DNA of 64,000 bases from Octopus vulgaris (lineage: Eukaryota). This document shows, in pieces, positions 1 to 12,267 of this stretch. The notes beneath the pieces were generated by a model that saw nothing but the letters and a program-made list of their open reading frames with translations, made no database searches and was not told where the DNA came from. Where the stretch lies: NCBI GenBank assembly GCA_951406725.2, contig OX597832.1, forward strand, positions 42,470,001 through 42,534,000. The letters run 5' to 3'. The translations under genes and the position numbers were made by a program. Each line of letters begins with the position of its first letter. Positions within the stretch are counted from its first letter, which is position 1.

Positions 1-336
1 TGTCATATGCACGTGTGTGTGAGTGTGCATGCATGTGTGTGTGTGTGTGTGTGTGTGTGTGCCCCTCAAATGTTAGGTCTTGGATTTTTAAAAATATGAT
101 AGTCAGCATTAGAAAACAACTTACTAATACTTAAACAGCTTAAATAAACGTTTAAATATAAAAATAAGTCGAGTAGGGTGTTTGTATATATTCCGTCTCT
201 GAATAATATTTATCACTAAAATAATCATTTTTTGTAAACGTTTCATCTCTGAACTCCAGATATCCACCAAATCAAAAGGACATACACACACACACACACA
301 CACATTATCAGTTTCAGCTCCAGAGCTGTGGCTATG

Positions 337-700
<364 letters not shown>

Positions 701-900
701 TAACATTCGTATAATGTGTGTGCACGCGCGGTTGTGTGTAAGGGGTGCACACTTCTGCCCCATATCTCTACGAGCGACTGAGTCTGTGTATATTTCTGTT
801 GAAGAAAACATCCGAACGAGTTAAAACTAGTTAAGAGTCGTGATGCCAAATTTTTTTATGTATCAGATTTCGATAACAATCTCGCTTTCTTTCTCTCTCT

Positions 901-947
<47 letters not shown>

Positions 948-1083
948 CATATACACACAAGCACTTCAGACCCCAAACAGAAGTTCTACATGAATACATA
1001 TGCAGGCTCTTGTACCATTGTGCTTATTCCTCAATAAGCCATTTTAAAATGACGGTGGTGACCTTGAAGTCTGCGCGTGCGTG

Positions 1084-1129
<46 letters not shown>

Positions 1130-1399
1130 GATTTAGTGCATGCAAATATGTGTGTGTGTGTGTGTATAATTTGTGTATGCGTGTATATGTATAGTTCATT
1201 ATAATTGGAAGCTCAGACATGTTGAAAGAGATGGAACATCGTATATATCCTGTCTACCAATATATACTGGTTCCTGTTTATACGGCAGTCTGTCTGTCTG
1301 TCTCTCTGTTTGCATGTCTATTTGCCTGTCTGCATGTGTGAATATTTGCCTGTCTGTCTGCCTGACTGTTTGACTATCGGTCTGTGTGTGTGTGTGTGT

Positions 1400-2600
1400 G
1401 TATCTGTGCCTATGGGCCTATTTGTCTATCTGTATGTGTGCCTATATGTCTACCTGTCTATCTGTATGTGTGCCTATGTGTCTACCTGTCTATCTGTATG
1501 TGTGCCTATGGGCCTATCTGTCTATCTGTATGTGTGTCTATGGGCCTACCTGTCTATCTGTGCCTATGGGCTTATCTGTACGTGTGCCTATGTGTCTACC
1601 TGTCTATCTGTATGTGTGCCTATGGGCCTATCTGTCTATCTGTATGTGTGTCTATGGGCCTACCTGTCTATCTGTGCCTATGGGCTTATCTGTATGTGTG
1701 CCTATGTGTCTACCTGTCTATCTGTATGTGTGCCTATGTGTCTACCTGTCTATCTGTATGTGTGCCTATGTGTCTACCTGTCTATATGTATGTGTGCCTA
1801 TGTGTCTACCTGTCTATCTGTATGTGTGCCTATGTGTCTCCCTGTCTATCTGTATGTGTGCCTATGTATCTACCTGTCTATCTGTATGTGTGCCTATGTG
1901 TCTACCTGTCTATCTGTATGTGTACCTATGTGTCTACCTGTCTATCTGTATGTGTGCCTATGTGTCTACCTGTCTATCTGTATGTGTGCCTATGTGTCTA
2001 CCTGTCTATCTGTATGTGTGCCTATGTGTCTACCTGTCTATCTGTATGTGTGCCTATGTGTCTACCTGTCTATCTGTATGTGTGCCTATGTGCCTACCTG
2101 TCTATCTGTATGTGTACCTATGTGTCTACCTGTCTATCTGTATATGTGCCTATGTGTCTACCTGTCTATCTGTATGTGTACCTATGTGTCTACCTGTCTA
2201 TCTGTATGTGTACCTATGTGCCTACCTGCTTATCTGTATATGTACCTATGTGTCTACCTGTCTATCTGTATCTGTGCCTATGTGTCTACCTGTCTATCTG
2301 TATGTGTACCTATGTGTCTACCTGTCTATCTGTATGTGTACCTATGTGTCTATCTGTATCTGTGCCTATGTGTCTACCTGTCTATCTGTATGTGTGCCTA
2401 TGTGTCTACCTGTCTATCTGTATGTGTGCCTATGTGTCTCCCTGTCTATCTGTATGTGTGCCTATGTGTCTACCTGTCTATCTGTATGTGTGCCTCTGTG
2501 TCTACCTGTCTATCTGTATGTGTGCCTATGTGTCTACCTGTCTATCTGTATGTGTGCCTCTGTGTCTACCTGTCTATCTGTATGTGTGCCTATGTGACTA
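1400..2600. repeat. 32-bp minisatellite (GTGCCTATGTGTCTACCTGTCTATCTGTATGT)n, about 37 copies
   Basis: CCTATG recurs with period 32 (e.g. 1861 and 1893); explains the 400-500 aa ORFs in three frames. Confidence 0.95.
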
Positions 2601-2649
2601 CCTGCACTATTTACTACAATACCGTAGAGAACAATTCTATGCAATAGGA

Positions 2650-2745
2650 CACAGTACAACACAGTACAGTACGCTGCAGTGCAATACACTACAATACAGT
2701 ACGGTACAGTACGGTACAGTACGGTACAGTACGGTACAGTACTAT
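2650..2745. repeat. (ACAGT/ACGGT)n pentamer repeat
   Basis: ACAGTACGGT tandem units; degenerate continuation at about 2950-3010 and 3330-3480, split by SINEs. Confidence 0.85.
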
Positions 2746-2755
2746 ACACACACAC

Positions 2756-2945
2756 TGGCACGCCGTGGGTTCCAGTTGATCCGATCAATGGTACAGCCTG
2801 TTTGTGAATTTAACATGCAAGTGAGCACTCCACAGACGTGCATTCTTAATGTAGTTCTCAGGGATATTCAGTGTGAGACAAAGTGTGACATGGCTGGCCC
2901 TTTGAATTACAGGTACCACTCAGTTTCTGCCAGCTGAGTGGACTG
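2756..2945 (-). mobile_element. 5'-truncated CORE-like SINE with tail T2
   Basis: Reverse complement matches the tail in 12268-12420, 23340-23538 and 52458-52655 (GTACCTGTA.TTCAAAGGGCC...GGATCAACTGGAACCC). Confidence 0.8.
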
Positions 2946-3023
2946 AATGGACTATGCCATACAGGACAATACTATACTGTACGATATAGTGTCGTGAGGT
3001 AGTGTTGTACACTTCAAGACAAT

Positions 3024-3325
3024 GTTTGTTCCTTCTCGAGCCATGCCTGGCTCATAAGGGCCGGTTTCCGGGTTTCCTTGGCGTATAGGTTCCTCCACCT
3101 GGACAGGACGCCGGTCCGTCGCAGGTGAGCTGCAAGATGCAGGAGGAAAGAGTGAGAGAAAGTTGTGGCGAAAGAGTCAGCAGAGGTTCGCCATTACCTT
3201 CTGCCGGAGCCGCGTGGAGCTTAGGTGTTTCGCTCATAAACACACACATCGCCCGGTCTGAGATTCGAACCCGCGATCCCTCGACTGCGAGTCTGCTACT
3301 TTAACCACTAGGCCATGTGCCTCCA
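3024..3325 (-). mobile_element. tRNA-derived SINE, head A, tail T3
   Basis: Head GGAGGCACATGGCCTAGTGGTTAA...GGGTTCGAATCTC (A/B boxes); flanking repeat AAGACAAT at 3016-3023 and 3330-3337. Confidence 0.9.
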
Positions 3326-3532
3326 CTATAAGACAATAGAGTATAATGTAATGTATAGCTGTACAACATAGTACTCTACAATAGACTGCAATGGTGTACA
3401 GCAGAATACAGCACAGTGAAGAACATCGGTTATACACTCATATGATACAATAACCGTAAAATTCAAACGAGTGCAGTGGCGGTAAATGAGTGTAGAACAC
3501 ACCCAATGAGTATGTGTGTGTGTGTATGTGCA

Positions 3533-3578
<46 letters not shown>

Positions 3579-3680
3579 TAAAAAAACATGTTATCGAAAC
3601 AGGTCTGTCTCTGTTAGCGCCTTTCTGACTCCCATATTTGTAACCGATATATACATATGTATATAATTATGCATGTACGC

Positions 3681-3729
<49 letters not shown>

Positions 3730-4095
3730 TATATAAATGCTTGTATGTATACAATTATATACGCATGTATGTGTGTATTATGTATATAGATAGATAAATA
3801 TGTGTGTATGACTTCTGGTTTTCTTTTTAAAATTTCTCATCAACCGAGAAAGTGTCGGTCTAACTTAGAAGTAAGGTAGCTTAGTTACATAACAAAACAC
3901 ACCAATAATTTTATGAGCCTAAATCTGAAAAAATAGGTCGGATATAGTATCTACAGAATCCTCATTAGTTCGCCATAAATATTTTCATTTTGTATTCGTC
4001 TGTGTATGCTTGTATGCATGCATTTTTTAAGTATGTATATATGTTTGTATGTGTGTATGTATGTATGTATGTATGTATGTATGTATGTATGTATG

Positions 4096-4127
<32 letters not shown>

Positions 4128-4685
4128 GATGGATGGATGTATGTATGTATGTATGTATGTATGTATGGATGGATGTATGTATGTATGTATGTATGTATGT
4201 ATGTATGGATGGATGGATGGATGTAAGGATGGATGGATGTTCTTTTGTGTTTTTATTTCTTTAAATTCTTCGTTTGAAGAAGGAACTGGTTTCTAACAAA
4301 AATACCAAACTCCATCGTTGAAATGTAGATAACGAAAACAATGTCACATTTTAAACCTTTTCTTCTTTTAACACCTCAAATGTAAGATTTCTTCCCTGTC
4401 GATGGAGGCTCGTCTCCTCTTACGATGGAATCAACCTACAAACATTATCATTTTGGACCACCGAGCCCCACCCCCAGAAACAGCTGTTGTATTTGTAATA
4501 CTTTTCTTCAAACCCCTTATATATATATATATATATGGAGGTTATGAGAGGTAATGGTGTTATTGAGACCCAAAGGTGTCAGGTAATCCTGAAGAAGTGC
4601 TATAGATGGACCGTAGCTAAGTTCCAGGTTCGGTGATTATGCGAATAAGGGGTTCAACGTTGGTCATATTTCAGCATGTGTATAT

Positions 4686-4910
4686 AAATTTTTTTTCGCA
4701 ATGAGATAAAAAACCAAGGGTGTGTAGATTTCAAAACATTTATAGATAGAAGGTATTACAGCTGTTTCCAGGATATTTATTATATCCCTTCATCGGAGAC
4801 GGTGATGGGATATAATAAATATCCTTGAAACAGCTGTAAGACCTATCTATAAATGTTCTAAAATCTACACAGCCTTGCTTTTTTATTTATCTCATTACGA
4901 AAAAGATTTA
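4686..4910. repeat. Long imperfect palindrome (about 105-bp arms), probable head-to-head Penelope-like terminal repeats
   Basis: Arms ACATTTATAGATAG..TTACAGCTGTTTC.AGGATATTTATTATATCCC and GGGATATAATAAATATCCT.GAAACAGCTGTAA..CTATCTATAAATGT; contains a hammerhead motif. Confidence 0.85.
4752..4800 (-). ncRNA. Degenerate type I hammerhead ribozyme motif
   Basis: Minus strand reads GUCU-CCGAUGA-AGGGAUAU(aaua)AAUAUCCUG-GAAA-CAGCUG-UA-AUAC; the other arm supplies the stem I partner AGAC. Confidence 0.6.
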
Positions 4911-4929
4911 TATATATATGTATATATAT

Positions 4930-5105
4930 ATATATAAAACTGAGAATGTGTGTCTGTCTGTCTGTCTGTGTGAATCCCTAAAACTTAAGAACTACACAAC
5001 CAATTTCATTCAGATTTTACACATGCCTTACTTAGAGTCCATGGAGTGTCATGTGGTCAAAAATTTTTTTTAACTTTCTGCCTAGGGCGAGCCCACAGCA
5101 ATATC
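4930..5105 (+). mobile_element. Possible non-autonomous Helitron-like element fragment
   Basis: TATATAAAA start, internal (TCTG)n, then CCAATTTCATTCAGATTTTACAC; similar layout at 16270-16510. Diagnostic 3' end not seen. Confidence 0.35.
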
Positions 5106-5128
5106 ATATGTATGTATATACATATATT

Positions 5129-5288
5129 CGACGGGCTTCTTTCAGTTTCTGTCCAACAAATCCACTTACAAGGCTTTGGTCGCCCTGAAGCTACAGTAGA
5201 AGACACTTGCCGATGGTGTCGCGCAGTGGGACTGAACCCAGGGCCATGTGGTTGGGAAGCAAGATTCTTATCACACAGCCACTCCTAC
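5129..5288 (-). mobile_element. SINE family B, 5' half
   Basis: Reverse complement of 41680-41843 (GTAGGAGTGGCTGTG...GGGTTCAGTCCCACTGCG...GAAAGAAGCCCGTCG). Confidence 0.9.
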
Positions 5289-5454
5289 AATGGTTTACTG
5301 GACGTCCTCAAGTATTGATATCTCTTTCACGTTGTCAGTGAAGTTGTTTTGCAAGTTGAAATATTTGCCCACGCAGCTCTCTGACGACACGCACGCACAT
5401 GCACACGCACGCCCACATCATCTATCTGCTGAGTTTACGTAAATACATATATAC

Positions 5455-5755
<301 letters not shown>

Positions 5756-5757
5756 GT

Positions 5758-5960
5758 ACTAGCGGGTGCTGTGAAGTCCCTGGCTTTAAGCAAAACAAAA
5801 TACCGGAAGATCGGTTATTTATGATTCTATTCAACATATTCCTATTTCAGAGTCACACACATATTGTAGCGGTGACTTCCGGTCTTCTAAAGGCCTGTAA
5901 AAAAGTACTCGGAAGGTTGGGCCTCTAGCTAGGCCCTTCGCGATTGCCTTCAAACCCTTG
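5758..5960 (-). mobile_element. Mariner remnant (transposase C-terminus and degenerate TIR)
   Basis: Minus strand gives [13 protein letters not shown]...[12 protein letters not shown], resembling the mariner C-terminal CV.L.G.YVE, then a TIR-like end. Confidence 0.65.
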
Positions 5961-6039
5961 GTTATACATAGATGCCCATATTCACACGTAATAATGTATA
6001 TATACGTAAATATACATATCTACACATATATATCAGGAT

Positions 6040-6155
6040 TAATCAGCCGAAATTGCTAAGATGATCCGGTTCCCGACTGAAGATTAGAGGCTTCGAATGA
6101 CCCGTCTGTTTTTTTGTGTCGTCTCTTTGTGTGTTTTGCGTTCTTGTCCCCTTTT
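6040..6155 (+). repeat. Dispersed repeat family D
   Basis: TCAGCCGAAATTGC...CGAATGACCCGTC...GTTTTGCG also present inverted at 34725-34831 and 37815-37939. Confidence 0.8.
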
Positions 6156-6301
6156 ATAATTTTTATATATAATTTTTATACATATATATATATATATATA
6201 TGTGTATATATATACGCATATATGTATATATATGCATATAAATAAAGGCATGTGTATATATATATATGTTTATATATATATATTTATATATATATATATA
6301 T

Positions 6302-6382
<81 letters not shown>

Positions 6383-6844
6383 TGTACTTGCACATACACA
6401 AAAACAGACACACGCATATACACATACACAATGTAAGGGTGTGTATCTGTATGTGTGACCCTTAAATGCTTGTGTTGCATATGAAAACACTGTCGTGTCA
6501 CTTGCAGTGTTGCTGAAATTCCCAAACTCACAACGGACGTCTCACATGTCCTCACTTCCGGCAGTAGCTGGCTGCTTATTTAGCCTGTGTTATTGTTGTT
6601 GCTGTTGTTGTGGATGATGATGCCAGAGTTCATGCTGTCATCTGTCGTTGCTCTTGTTATTGTTGTTGCTGCTGCTGTGGAATCTAGAAGCCTTTCCACG
6701 ACGAATAACGTCTATATGCAACAAGTAGTGCCTTTGTCTATTGTTAACCACAAGCCTGATAATATTACGTACACATAGACGCACACACGTCTGCGAGTAT
6801 ATATATATATATATATATATATATGCATGTATATATATATATGC

Positions 6845-6920
<76 letters not shown>

Positions 6921-7159
6921 GTATATATATACATATATATATATATGTACATAGTTGTGTGTATGTATGTATGTGTATGTATAGATGCATATATATAATA
7001 CATACATACTGAAAAGCGTCAGAAAAAAAGTGCAGCGAAATTGGCGTGGGAAATGGTGAATCCAGTGTTTCGAGTAATAGCCCTTTCCTCGACGCCGCCT
7101 TAACCTTGCAAATTAAAGACACTAATTATATTTTGATAATTTAAGAATTTCTAGAATGT

Positions 7160-7280
7160 GTAGTTAAGGAACCCGCTTTGCAATCATGCGAATTCGGGTT
7201 CAGTCGCACAGTGTGCGGCATTTTGGGCAAGTGTCCTGTACTATAACCCTTATAGAGAATTTGCTACACGGAAACTATAT
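7160..7280 (+). mobile_element. Degenerate SINE B head
   Basis: GGGTTCAGTC...TTGGGCAAGTGTCCTGTACTATA...CGGAAACT matches family B. Confidence 0.6.
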
Positions 7281-7307
7281 ATACAAATGTGAATTTAGAG
7301 GGATATA

Positions 7308-7787
7308 CGAGGGACGTTCAATAAGTAATGCCTCTGACCCACTTGCAGTTGTTTGATCTAGCTGAAATTTTGCATGTGCAATCATTTATATCTCTATAGA
7401 GTAAGTGGCAAATTACAGCTCTGAATTAATTGTGGTTTCTGATTTACAGGTGTTTGAACCGAGTCAAGTGTGAAATGGAGCCTGTTGAGTGTCGAGCAGT
7501 GATCCGGTTTTTGTGATCTGATTTTCACCTCTTCCCAATCATGAAGTTGTTTTTGAAAGGAAAGCGTTTCCCAGATGATGCAGCCTTGATTTCTGAAGTC
7601 ACGTTGAGGTTGGAGGACCAAGCTGGGTTCTTCTACAAAAACGGTCTCCAGAGCCGCATCAAACAATGGGAGAAATGCGTAACTCTGGGTGGTTCCTATG
7701 TAGAAAAAGACTAATAACTGTGCCAAGTTTCGTTGCTCTACTGCTATGGGAAGTGGGTCAGAGGCATTACTTATTGAACACCCCTCG
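7308..7787 (+). mobile_element. Internally deleted mariner transposon (480 bp)
   Basis: TIRs CGAGGGACGTTCAATAAGTAATGCCTCTGACCCACTT / AAGTGGGTCAGAGGCATTACTTATTGAACACCCCTCG, TA on both sides; encodes MEPVECRAVIRFL followed by SDFHLFPIMKLFLKGKRF...WEKCVTLGGSYVEKD*. Confidence 0.93.
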
Positions 7788-7938
7788 TATAATTCGGGTG
7801 GCTACCGTGGTGGCTTTCAGCTATGTTCCAGGTGACGGCTATCCACTGTAAATTCCTCCGATGGGTAATTCCGTGTTCGCTTCATGGATTATAATATCAT
7901 CTAGAGTGTATATTTGCAATAATTATAATGATACATAC

Positions 7939-7996
7939 AAAATTAAGAGGAATGACCACTAAGGTGTCCACTTTAGTGGTCATTCCTCTTAATTTT
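7939..7996. repeat. Perfect 24-bp inverted repeat (hairpin)
   Basis: AAAATTAAGAGGAATGACCACTAA-GGTGTCCACT-TTAGTGGTCATTCCTCTTAATTTT. Confidence 0.95.
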
Positions 7997-8013
7997 ATAT
8001 ATATACATACATA

Positions 8014-8116
<103 letters not shown>

Positions 8117-8548
8117 CAATAATAATAATAATAGGGAGTATATCCAAACTTACAGGGAAAATTAGATTTAGGATTAAATCAAATTTCACAGTATAAATAT
8201 AAATTAATTTGTGATAAAACCACTATTAGGCAATTCAGTGATAGACATAAACCAAAACATAAAAAAACAAAAAATAAATGTAATTATATATATATATATT
8301 ATATATATATATATGTAAAACATAAAATTTAAAATTTAAATTATTAAAATTTTATATTTTCAAATTTTTTATATTTAAAAAATTTTTTGAATATAAAAAT
8401 TTTTTTTTTTATCTTACCAAAAAGTATAAAAAAGTGAAGTATAATATAATTATATATTATTATATATCATCATACAACTGAAAAAACCGCATTACTTATG
8501 GGATGACCCTATATATATACACATATATATATATACACATATATATAT

Positions 8549-8598
<50 letters not shown>

Positions 8599-8605
8599 GT
8601 ATATA

Positions 8606-8664
<59 letters not shown>

Positions 8665-8694
8665 AACGGTATTTCGTTTTTTTTTTCTTTTTAC

Positions 8695-8803
8695 ATTCTG
8701 GGTTCAAATACCGCCGAGGTCGATTTGCCTTTCATTGGGGCGATACACTAATCAACTTGCCCCCTCCTCAAAATTGCTGGTCTTTAACCAAAATTTGAAA
8801 CCA
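8695..8803 (+). mobile_element. Degenerate SINE C fragment
   Basis: TTCTGGGTTCAAATACCGCCGAGGTCGATTTGCCTTTCAT matches family C. Confidence 0.7.
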
Positions 8804-8998
8804 AAAGTGAACACTTATTTGTAGCAGAAGACTTTAACCCTTCACTTCACCAAAGTATTTTTATAAGTCTGCCTGTTTCAAACCCTCAGTTAGTCTTTGT
8901 TTCCTATGTTCTGAGTAAATATTGGGTTGTCTGGAAAGTTCATGCCGATTTTTAAAGGAAAGAAAAAGGTCAATAAAGAAATACTTGCCATTACATTT

Positions 8999-9309
8999 TT
9001 AATCAACCAAATATGAACCATTTTGTTGCACAATGCATCTCCATCTTTGCTTTAACTTGAAAATACCCTCTTCCCAGAATTGAGGTGGTTTCATGGCAAA
9101 GAATTCATCAAGGTATCTTTTTATGTCATCCAAGGAATTGAAATTTTTACCATTAAGACTATTCTGCAGAGACCTGAATAAATGGAAATCCAAAGGAGCA
9201 ATATCTGGTGGATATGGAAGGTGGGGTAACACATCCCAGCCAAGCTGCAGCAATTTTTGTCTGGTTCCCAGAGCATCAAGTGCTGAAAATGAACTTTCTT
9301 ATCTTCCAT
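8999..9309 (-). pseudogene. Mariner transposase remnant (N-terminus joined to C-terminus)
   Basis: MEDKKVHFQHLML, then in another frame LGWDVLPHLPYPPDIAPLDFHLFRSLQNSL...RWRCIVQQNGSYLVD (HPPYSPDLAPSD-type motif). Confidence 0.92.
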
Positions 9310-9331
9310 TTTAAAGGGTTACATAATTAAT

Positions 9332-9644
9332 GTGGAGGCGCAATGGCCTAGTGGTTAGGGCAGCGGACTCGTGGTCGTAGGATCGCGGTTTCGATTCCCA
9401 GACCGGGCGTTGTGAGTGTTTATTGAGCGAAAACACCTAAAGCTCCACGAGGCTCCGGCAGGGGGTGGTGGCGATCCATGCTGTACTCTTTCGCCACAAC
9501 TTTCTCGCACTCTTTCTTCTGTTGGCCTGCTCGCTTAGCCAGCGAGGTGGCGTCATTTGAAGGCTAAAACAATGCGAACGCATTGTGACCAGCGATGTGT
9601 AACAACATCTGATAGCCTGGTCGGTGACGGTGACGGTGACGGTG
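9332..9644 (+). mobile_element. SINE head A, tail T1 ending in (GGTGAC)n
   Basis: tRNA-like head; 11-bp TSD ACATAATTAAT at 9321-9331 and 9645-9655. Confidence 0.93.
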
Positions 9645-10226
9645 ACATAATTAATACAGGTTATAGGAACATAATCCTTCTTCCACGAAAAGATAGATTA
9701 AACTGTGCTCTAAATGGAGGTGTAGTCAAATCCAATTTTATGGACTCAACCATGTTCTAAAATAAGTCGAAAGGTAAGCTACTATAAATCGGTACGAACT
9801 TTCCGGACAACCCAATATAAAGCTTTCCTTTCATGTGTCCCAAGTTAGTCTGGTGGTCGGAGAAAATTGGGAATTTGTATCATTTATGCTGCATGAGTGC
9901 CAGGCAAATATGTCCTGTGCATCACATGTGATACGTAAGACAGGTAAAGTGTTAAACAGCAGACTTCCACAAATGCATTGGAAAATAATTTCCTTTCTTA
10001 TAGGAAAGAGAACTTTTTAAGGGAAATGCTTTAGTGCTCCATTAAATAATATTCTGGACCATTAACTAATATTCCTAATAATTCAGTAGGCTTTGAACTC
10101 AGAAAGCGAAGAACCGGAATCAGTAAGGCATTTTCTGACGCTCTAAATGTTCTGTGAATTTACCATCCTAATTATTTTTTTTTATTTGCAATGAGGGCAA
10201 CTGACGTGTAGTACATTACAAGGTAC

Positions 10227-10712
10227 GGAAGGCAGCGAGCTGGCAGAAACGTTAGCACGCCGGGCGAAGTGCGTAGCCGTATTTCGTCTGCCGTTACGTT
10301 CTGAGTTCAAATTCCGCCGAGGTCGACTTTGCCTTTCATCCTTTCAGGGTCGATATAATAAGAACCAGTTACGCACTGGGGTCGATATAATCGACTTAAT
10401 CCATTTGTCTGTCCTTGTTTGTCTCCTCTGTGTTTAGCCCCTTGTGGGTAGTAAAGAAATAGGTATTTCGTCTGTTTAAAGGCGGCGAGCTGGCAGAAAC
10501 GTTAGCACGCCGGGCGAAATGTCTAGCGGTATTTCGTCTGCCGTTACGTTCTGAGTTCAAATTCCGCCGAGGTCGACTTTGCCTTTCATCCTTTCGGGGT
10601 CGATTAAATAAGTACAAGTTACGCACTGGGGTCAATATAATCGACTTAATCCGTTTGTCTGTCCTTGTTTGTCCTCTCTGTGTTTAGCCCCTTGTGGGTA
10701 GTAAAGAAATAG
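10227..10712 (+). mobile_element. SINE family C tandem dimer
   Basis: Two AAGGC(A/G)GCGAGCTGGCAGAAACGTTAG...GAGTTCAAATTCC...GTAAAGAAATAG units; TSD GTACATTACAAG(G/A)TAC at 10211-10226 and 10713-10728. Confidence 0.92.
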
Positions 10713-10749
10713 GTACATTACAAGATACAAAACTTATTTTATAAAAGGG

Positions 10750-10870
10750 AAGAGCAGAGTTGACGAAATCGACACCAGTATATAACTGGTACCCATTTTG
10801 TCGGCAACAGAAGCAACGAAAGGTACAACCAAACTTCGGCGGAATTCGAGCTATGAACATAAAGGGATGA
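10750..10870 (-). mobile_element. Degenerate SINE C fragment
   Basis: ATCGACACCAG..AACTGGTAC...GAAAGG...TTCGGCGGAATTCGAGCT resembles reverse-complemented family C. Confidence 0.55.
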
Positions 10871-11199
10871 AACTAAAAAAGAAAGAGCAAAATAATATTT
10901 GTTCTACAACCACTTAATGGCTCAGCCAATCAGACTGGCTTAATTAAAGTACAACAAAAACAACAATAACAACTACAACAACAACAACAAGAACATCACT
11001 GTTAACTACAAAACCATGTGTTTTATATGTACCCAATATATAATGTACAGCGAGGTCATGTACTTTAGAGAGAGATGAACACCACAACATCAACTTACTA
11101 GCCGTAGAGTAAGCACTGACACATTTAATCTAATTTGTTAATTACCATTAAAACTTAAGTGTCACGTAATTAGCAACTGTTTCTAATTAGTGTCGTTTT

Positions 11200-11271
11200 T
11201 TTCTTTCGTTAGAAATCCTTTCTTCTTCTTCTTCTTCTTCTTCTTCTTCTTCTTCTTCTGCTTCTTCTTCC

Positions 11272-11310
<39 letters not shown>

Positions 11311-11542
11311 TCCTTTCCTACTTTCTTCCTTCCTTCCTTTCTTTTTTCACACTCTCTTTACATCATACTCATCCTTTTCCTCCATTATTGCATGTCAAAT
11401 TTCTTTCTTTCCTCCTCCACATTTCTTTCTTTTTGTCTTTCTTCCTTCCTTCCTTTCTTTTTCTTTCTTCCTTCCTTTCTTCCTATCTTTCTTTCTTTCT
11501 TTCTTTCCTCCTTTCTTTTTGTCTTTCTTTCTTCCTTCCCTC

Positions 11543-11610
<68 letters not shown>
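11200..11610. repeat. (CTT)n/(CTTT)n polypyrimidine tract
   Basis: Directly visible. Confidence 0.9.
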
Positions 11611-11612
<2 letters not shown>

Positions 11613-12267
11613 GTTAACATAAGCATCAACAGAAAACAACACCAAAACCAGAAAAACATCAATTAAAAGCCCAACAAAATAAATTACATTCAAGGAAGAA
11701 ATAAAATAAAATCTCTCCTCTTTCCTCAAGTACCAATCCATAACTCCACACACAACACAAAAACACACAATCCACCTCCACAATAAACCCCAATAACTCC
11801 CAAAACCCACAACACACATTCGTGCTCTCTCCCCACCTCTCTCTCTTTCTCTCTCTCTCTCACACACACACACACCCATACACACACATACACAAAACAT
11901 AATGCACGCAAAATGCAAACTCGCCGCTCCCCATGCAAAAATAAAACGAAACACCTCAGGCGGAAATATTAATTAAAGAGTGTTAATTAAAAAACAATTT
12001 TAATGCCAGTCAATATTGTTTATGTAGCGAACTTTTCCGCCATTTCTAGACCGTCTTACCTAACCCCAAATCACTTAGTCTTAAATTTCGATTCAACCGC
12101 TCTCAACTCCATTGCATTTCGTTTCACTCTACTTTATTCTCTTTTACCCATTTGATTCGACTTTATTCTCCCTTACTCTATTTTGCTCTAAAATTCACTC
12201 TCTATGTTCTTATTTCAAATCATATTTCTCCATTTAAGCAAAGGCTCTTAGCTGAGTCGTTAGAGCG

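Larger units (their letters stand above)
8922..9815 (-). mobile_element. Internally deleted mariner transposon containing a nested SINE
   Basis: TIRs TTGGGTTGTCTGGAAAGTTCATGCCGATTT / AAATCGGTACGAACTTTCCGGACAACCCAA; TA at 8920-8921 and 9816-9817. Confidence 0.93.

Noticed and set aside
1400-2600. CRISPR-like regular array
   Set aside because: Units are contiguous with no unique spacers, and the context is eukaryotic.
1310-2937. Long ORFs of 403-517 aa
   Set aside because: Translations of a stop-free 32-bp minisatellite in all three frames; no protein features.
6500-6760. Possible exon or promoter (CACTTCCGG ETS-like site, Q/N-rich frames)
   Set aside because: Minus-strand frames hit stops, the plus ORF is low-complexity, and a single motif is not evidence.
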